DNA of 64,000 bases, from contig CAVXJS010000021.1 in the NCBI GenBank assembly GCA_963762145.1, positions 192,001 to 256,000 of the forward strand, given 5' to 3'. This DNA comes from an uncultured Candidatus Rokubacteria bacterium (GTDB lineage Bacteria > Methylomirabilota > Methylomirabilia > Rokubacteriales > CSP1-6). Made by a program: the position numbers and the translations under genes. Positions 61,188 to 64,000 of the stretch are shown here, piece after piece. The notes beneath the pieces are model-generated. The model worked only from the letters and a program-made list of their open reading frames with translations. It ran no database searches and was not told where the DNA came from. Every line of letters starts with the position of its first letter. The stretch's first letter is position 1.

Positions 61188-62719
61188 TCGAAGTGGGCCC
61201 GCTTCTCGATCCGGTGGATCTTCTCGGCCACCTCTTCCGGGGTGATCGGCCGGTTACCCTGATACTCGCAGGCGAGCGCCGCCGACACCGAGCCCAGGAC
61301 CGACGCGATCACGATGTCGCCGGTGGCGGCCAGCGCGAGCGCGGCGTAGCTCAGGAGCGCGTCGCCCGCCCCCACCGGGTCCTTGAGGGTATCCACCAGG
61401 CTGTCGACCGTGAAGAACTCGCGCGGCATGTGGCCCGGCGTCCGGTAGCCGAGAATGCCCCGCTCCCCGAGCTTGAGAATCAGGTGCTTGCACCGGGCGA
61501 GCCGGAAGAGCTGGAGCGCGAGCGGCCGCACCACCGAATCCTGGTCGCCCAGGGCGAAGCGCGCCTCGCGCTCGTTCGGGGTCAGGAGGTCGAAGTCGGT
61601 GAACTCGAGGATGTTGCCCCAGCGGTTCGACACCTGACTGTCCGCCACCTTGATCGCGCCCTCGGGCACCCGCTCCCGCAGCATCCGGATGCTCTTGGAC
61701 CGGAAGATCCCGTGGCGGAAATCGCTGAAGATCACGACGTCCGGGCGGCTGTCCGCCATCGACTCGCTGAGGAAGCGCAGCGCCCGGTCCGAGACCGCCC
61801 GGTTGTCCACCCGATCCACCTGGAGCATCTTGTGGCCGTCCGCGAAGAACCGCTCCTTCTGGGTGGTCGGCCGGGTGCGATCGATGAACCCGTGCACCAC
61901 CACCCCGGCCTCTTCCAGGTCCTTCAGCACGAAATCCTTGGCCGCGTCGTTGCCGAGCACCGTCGAGAAGGAGACCTCGGCCCCCGCCGCCTTCACGTGC
62001 TTGGCCACCACCGCGGCGCCGCCCGAGAAGACCTCGGTCCGCTCGTGCTTGACGCTGAAGGTCGGCGACTTGGCGGTGGCGCCCAGGAGCGAGCAGGACG
62101 AATAGCTGTCCACGATGGTGTCGCCGACCACGTGCACCCGGATCCCCCGCATCCGGCCGAGGGTCTCGCGGAGACGGTCGAAGCCGAAACCCTCCGACTC
62201 CATCAGGGCCAGCAGCTTCTCGACCCCGAGGTTCGGCGGCGCCGCCTCGATGAGCCGGGACGAGGAGTAGACCACGTCGCCCGGCGTGAACACGATCTCG
62301 CCGCCGTAGCTCTCCAGGGTGTCGATCTCCTCCTGGGTGCGCGGCGGCACCCCCTCGGAGAAGTACTCGTAGCCCTTGGCGAAGTAGTCGGGCTGGAGGT
62401 ACTTGATGTGCGCGATCGGGGTCGCGTTGGGGTCGATGATCACGTAGTCGACCATCTCGAGCGCGGCCAGGTTGGCCGCCCGCAGCTCCTGCGGCACGTA
62501 CGGACGGAAGGCCGCCTTGGTCGCGTGCTCGTCGGCGGTCAGGCTCGCGACGAGGAGGTCTGCCTTCTCCTTGGCGTACATCAGGTGGCGCAGGTGGCCG
62601 GGATGCACGATGTCGAACATCCCGTGGCACATGATCACGCTCTTGGCGCGCGGCCGCGGGCCGATGGCGGCGGCCAGCTCCTCGAGCGTCTTCACCTTCT
62701 GCCGGTAGTCGGCTTTCAT
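61184..62719 (-). CDS. Bifunctional nucleotidyltransferase (N-terminal) / PfkB sugar kinase (C-terminal), HldE/RfaE-like
   Basis: HGMFDIVHPGH, KGYEY, SSSRLI; VGDTIVD, GGAAVVA, TPNEREAR, DPVGAGD. Confidence 0.88.
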   Translation of the reverse strand: MKADYRQKVKTLEELAAAIGPRPRAKSVIMCHGMFDIVHPGHLRHLMYAKEKADLLVASLTADEHATKAAFRPYVPQELRAANLAALEMVDYVIIDPNATPIAHIKYLQPDYFAKGYEYFSEGVPPRTQEEIDTLESYGGEIVFTPGDVVYSSSRLIEAAPPNLGVEKLLALMESEGFGFDRLRETLGRMRGIRVHVVGDTIVDSYSSCSLLGATAKSPTFSVKHERTEVFSGGAAVVAKHVKAAGAEVSFSTVLGNDAAKDFVLKDLEEAGVVVHGFIDRTRPTTQKERFFADGHKMLQVDRVDNRAVSDRALRFLSESMADSRPDVVIFSDFRHGIFRSKSIRMLRERVPEGAIKVADSQVSNRWGNILEFTDFDLLTPNEREARFALGDQDSVVRPLALQLFRLARCKHLILKLGERGILGYRTPGHMPREFFTVDSLVDTLKDPVGAGDALLSYAALALAATGDIVIASVLGSVSAALACEYQGNRPITPEEVAEKIHRIEKRAHFE

Positions 62720-63705
62720 CGCGCGAGGTGCTCGAACCACGTCCGGGTGGCGGCCTCGATCTTCTCGGGCGTCCAGAGGGGGGCCGCCCGCCAGTCCTCG
62801 ATCTGTCCGAGCATCGCGGCGACGCCCTGCGGGAAGGCCACCTCCGGCTTCCAGCCGAGGGCCCGCTGGATACGGCCGACGTCGGCCCACGTGCAGTCCG
62901 GCTCGCCCGGGCGCTTCGGCACGTGCACCACGTCGCCTCCCATCAGCTCGATCAGGCGGTTGATGGTCTGGGGATTGCCGGAGCCGAGGTTGAAGACCTG
63001 GTTGGTCTCGGTGGACTCGGCGGCCATCAGGTAGGCCCGGGCCACATCGGTGACGAACACGAAGTCCCGCCGCTGGGAGCCGTCGCCGACCACCGTGAAC
63101 GGCTTGCCGTGGAGCTTCTGGGCCAGGAAGACCCCGAACACCGCGCCGTAGGCGCCGGTGGTGCGGACGCGGGGTCCGTAGACGTTGAACATGCGGATCG
63201 AGACCACGGGCAGCCGGTACACCTGGGCCCAGTGCAGCGCCGCGCTCTCCCCCAGGTACTTGCTGAGCGCGTAGGGGTACTCGGGTCGGATGGGCGCGCC
63301 TTCCGTGGTCGGGAGCTCGGCGGCCATCCCGTAGCAGGAGGACGACGCGGCGTAGACGAACTTCCGGACCCCCGCGTGCCGGGAGGCCTCCAGGACCGCG
63401 AGCGTGCCGTCCACGTTGGCCCGCATGTACTCGAGGGGCCGCTCGATCGACGGCACGATGTCGCCGATGCCGCCGAAGTGGAAGACGTAGTCGACGTCCT
63501 GGAACAGCCGCGAGTCCGCCGCCACCGTGCACATGTCGATCTCGTGGAAGGCGACGCGCGGCTCGCGCCGGTGCTGCGCCAGGTTCTCGGCGCGGCCGGT
63601 CACGAGGTTGTCGATCACCACGACCGAGTAGCCGCGGTCGACGAGCAGATCGACCATGTGGCTGCCGATGAACCCGGCCCCTCCGGTGACGACGGCGCGC
63701 GGCAT
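62716..63705 (-). CDS. NAD-dependent epimerase/dehydratase (extended SDR)
   Basis: TGGAGFIGSH, ASSSCYG, YALSK, FNVYGPR, RDFVFV, KRPGE. Confidence 0.92.
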   Translation of the reverse strand: MPRAVVTGGAGFIGSHMVDLLVDRGYSVVVIDNLVTGRAENLAQHRREPRVAFHEIDMCTVAADSRLFQDVDYVFHFGGIGDIVPSIERPLEYMRANVDGTLAVLEASRHAGVRKFVYAASSSCYGMAAELPTTEGAPIRPEYPYALSKYLGESAALHWAQVYRLPVVSIRMFNVYGPRVRTTGAYGAVFGVFLAQKLHGKPFTVVGDGSQRRDFVFVTDVARAYLMAAESTETNQVFNLGSGNPQTINRLIELMGGDVVHVPKRPGEPDCTWADVGRIQRALGWKPEVAFPQGVAAMLGQIEDWRAAPLWTPEKIEAATRTWFEHLAR

Positions 63706-63707
63706 GC

Positions 63708-64000
63708 TCAGGCCAGCCCCGAGGCCTGGATCGTCTTGACGTTGTAGTAGCGGATGTCGTTCAGCGGATCCGGGATGCGCCCGGTCCGGAACGCGGCACA
63801 CAGATCCACCACCGCGTCCTCGATGGTGCGCTGAGGCGCCCAGCCGATCTCCCGCTTGATCTTCTCCGACGACACGTGGTACGAGCGCGTGTCGTTGCTC
63901 GGCACCGTCTCCAGCGTGATGGGGCCGAGCTGCGGCATCTCCCGGCTCACGATCCCCCGCACCAGCTCGCCCAGCTGGGCCACCGTGTGGTTCTGATAGG
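63708..64000 (-). CDS. NAD-dependent epimerase/dehydratase, C-terminal part (5' partial)
   Basis: DTRSYHVSSEKIKREIGWAP resembles extended-SDR C-termini; frame runs off the window. Confidence 0.65.
   Translation of the reverse strand, partial: YQNHTVAQLGELVRGIVSREMPQLGPITLETVPSNDTRSYHVSSEKIKREIGWAPQRTIEDAVVDLCAAFRTGRIPDPLNDIRYYNVKTIQASGLA

Noticed and set aside
55631-64000. Complete lincosamide antibiotic cluster
   Set aside because: No propylproline, condensation, thiol-transfer or resistance genes are visible; only the sugar module matches

Overview
High-GC bacterial chromosomal window; gene content and style suggest Candidatus Rokubacteria/Methylomirabilota, which is an inference. Left to right: a partial comM/YifB ATPase, a GT-C-like membrane protein, an isochorismatase and a lytic transglycosylase; a minus-strand dnaK-dnaJ-hspR-lon operon without grpE; mazG and a macro-domain gene; a type IVa pilus locus (pilT-pilC-pilS-pilR, two near-identical pilA, pilD, fimT/pilV/pilX-like, pilMNOPQ) with four sigma54-type promoters and no pilB, pilW or pilY1; aroC-aroB-TPR-efp-accB-accC-thiE; two tandem pairs of TMTC-like GT-C + TPR genes flanking a liv ABC transporter, MaoC and ornithine cyclodeaminase; an FAD oxidoreductase and another GT-C gene; and a minus-strand sugar cluster that runs off the right edge. 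That cluster (transaldolase, SIS isomerase, GmhB phosphatase, nucleotidyltransferase-kinase, Cys-less Ugd-like protein, Gfo/Idh/MocA oxidoreductase, SDR epimerases, three methyltransferases, a desaturase) mirrors the lincosamide NDP-octose enzyme set. Main hypothesis: an unusual C8 (or modified C7) sugar pathway feeding a multi-GT-C/TMTC glycosylation system, with Ser/Thr-rich pilins as plausible substrates. Many single-base frameshifts, including in accB and accC, look like long-read errors. No rRNA, tRNA or CRISPR array was recognised.
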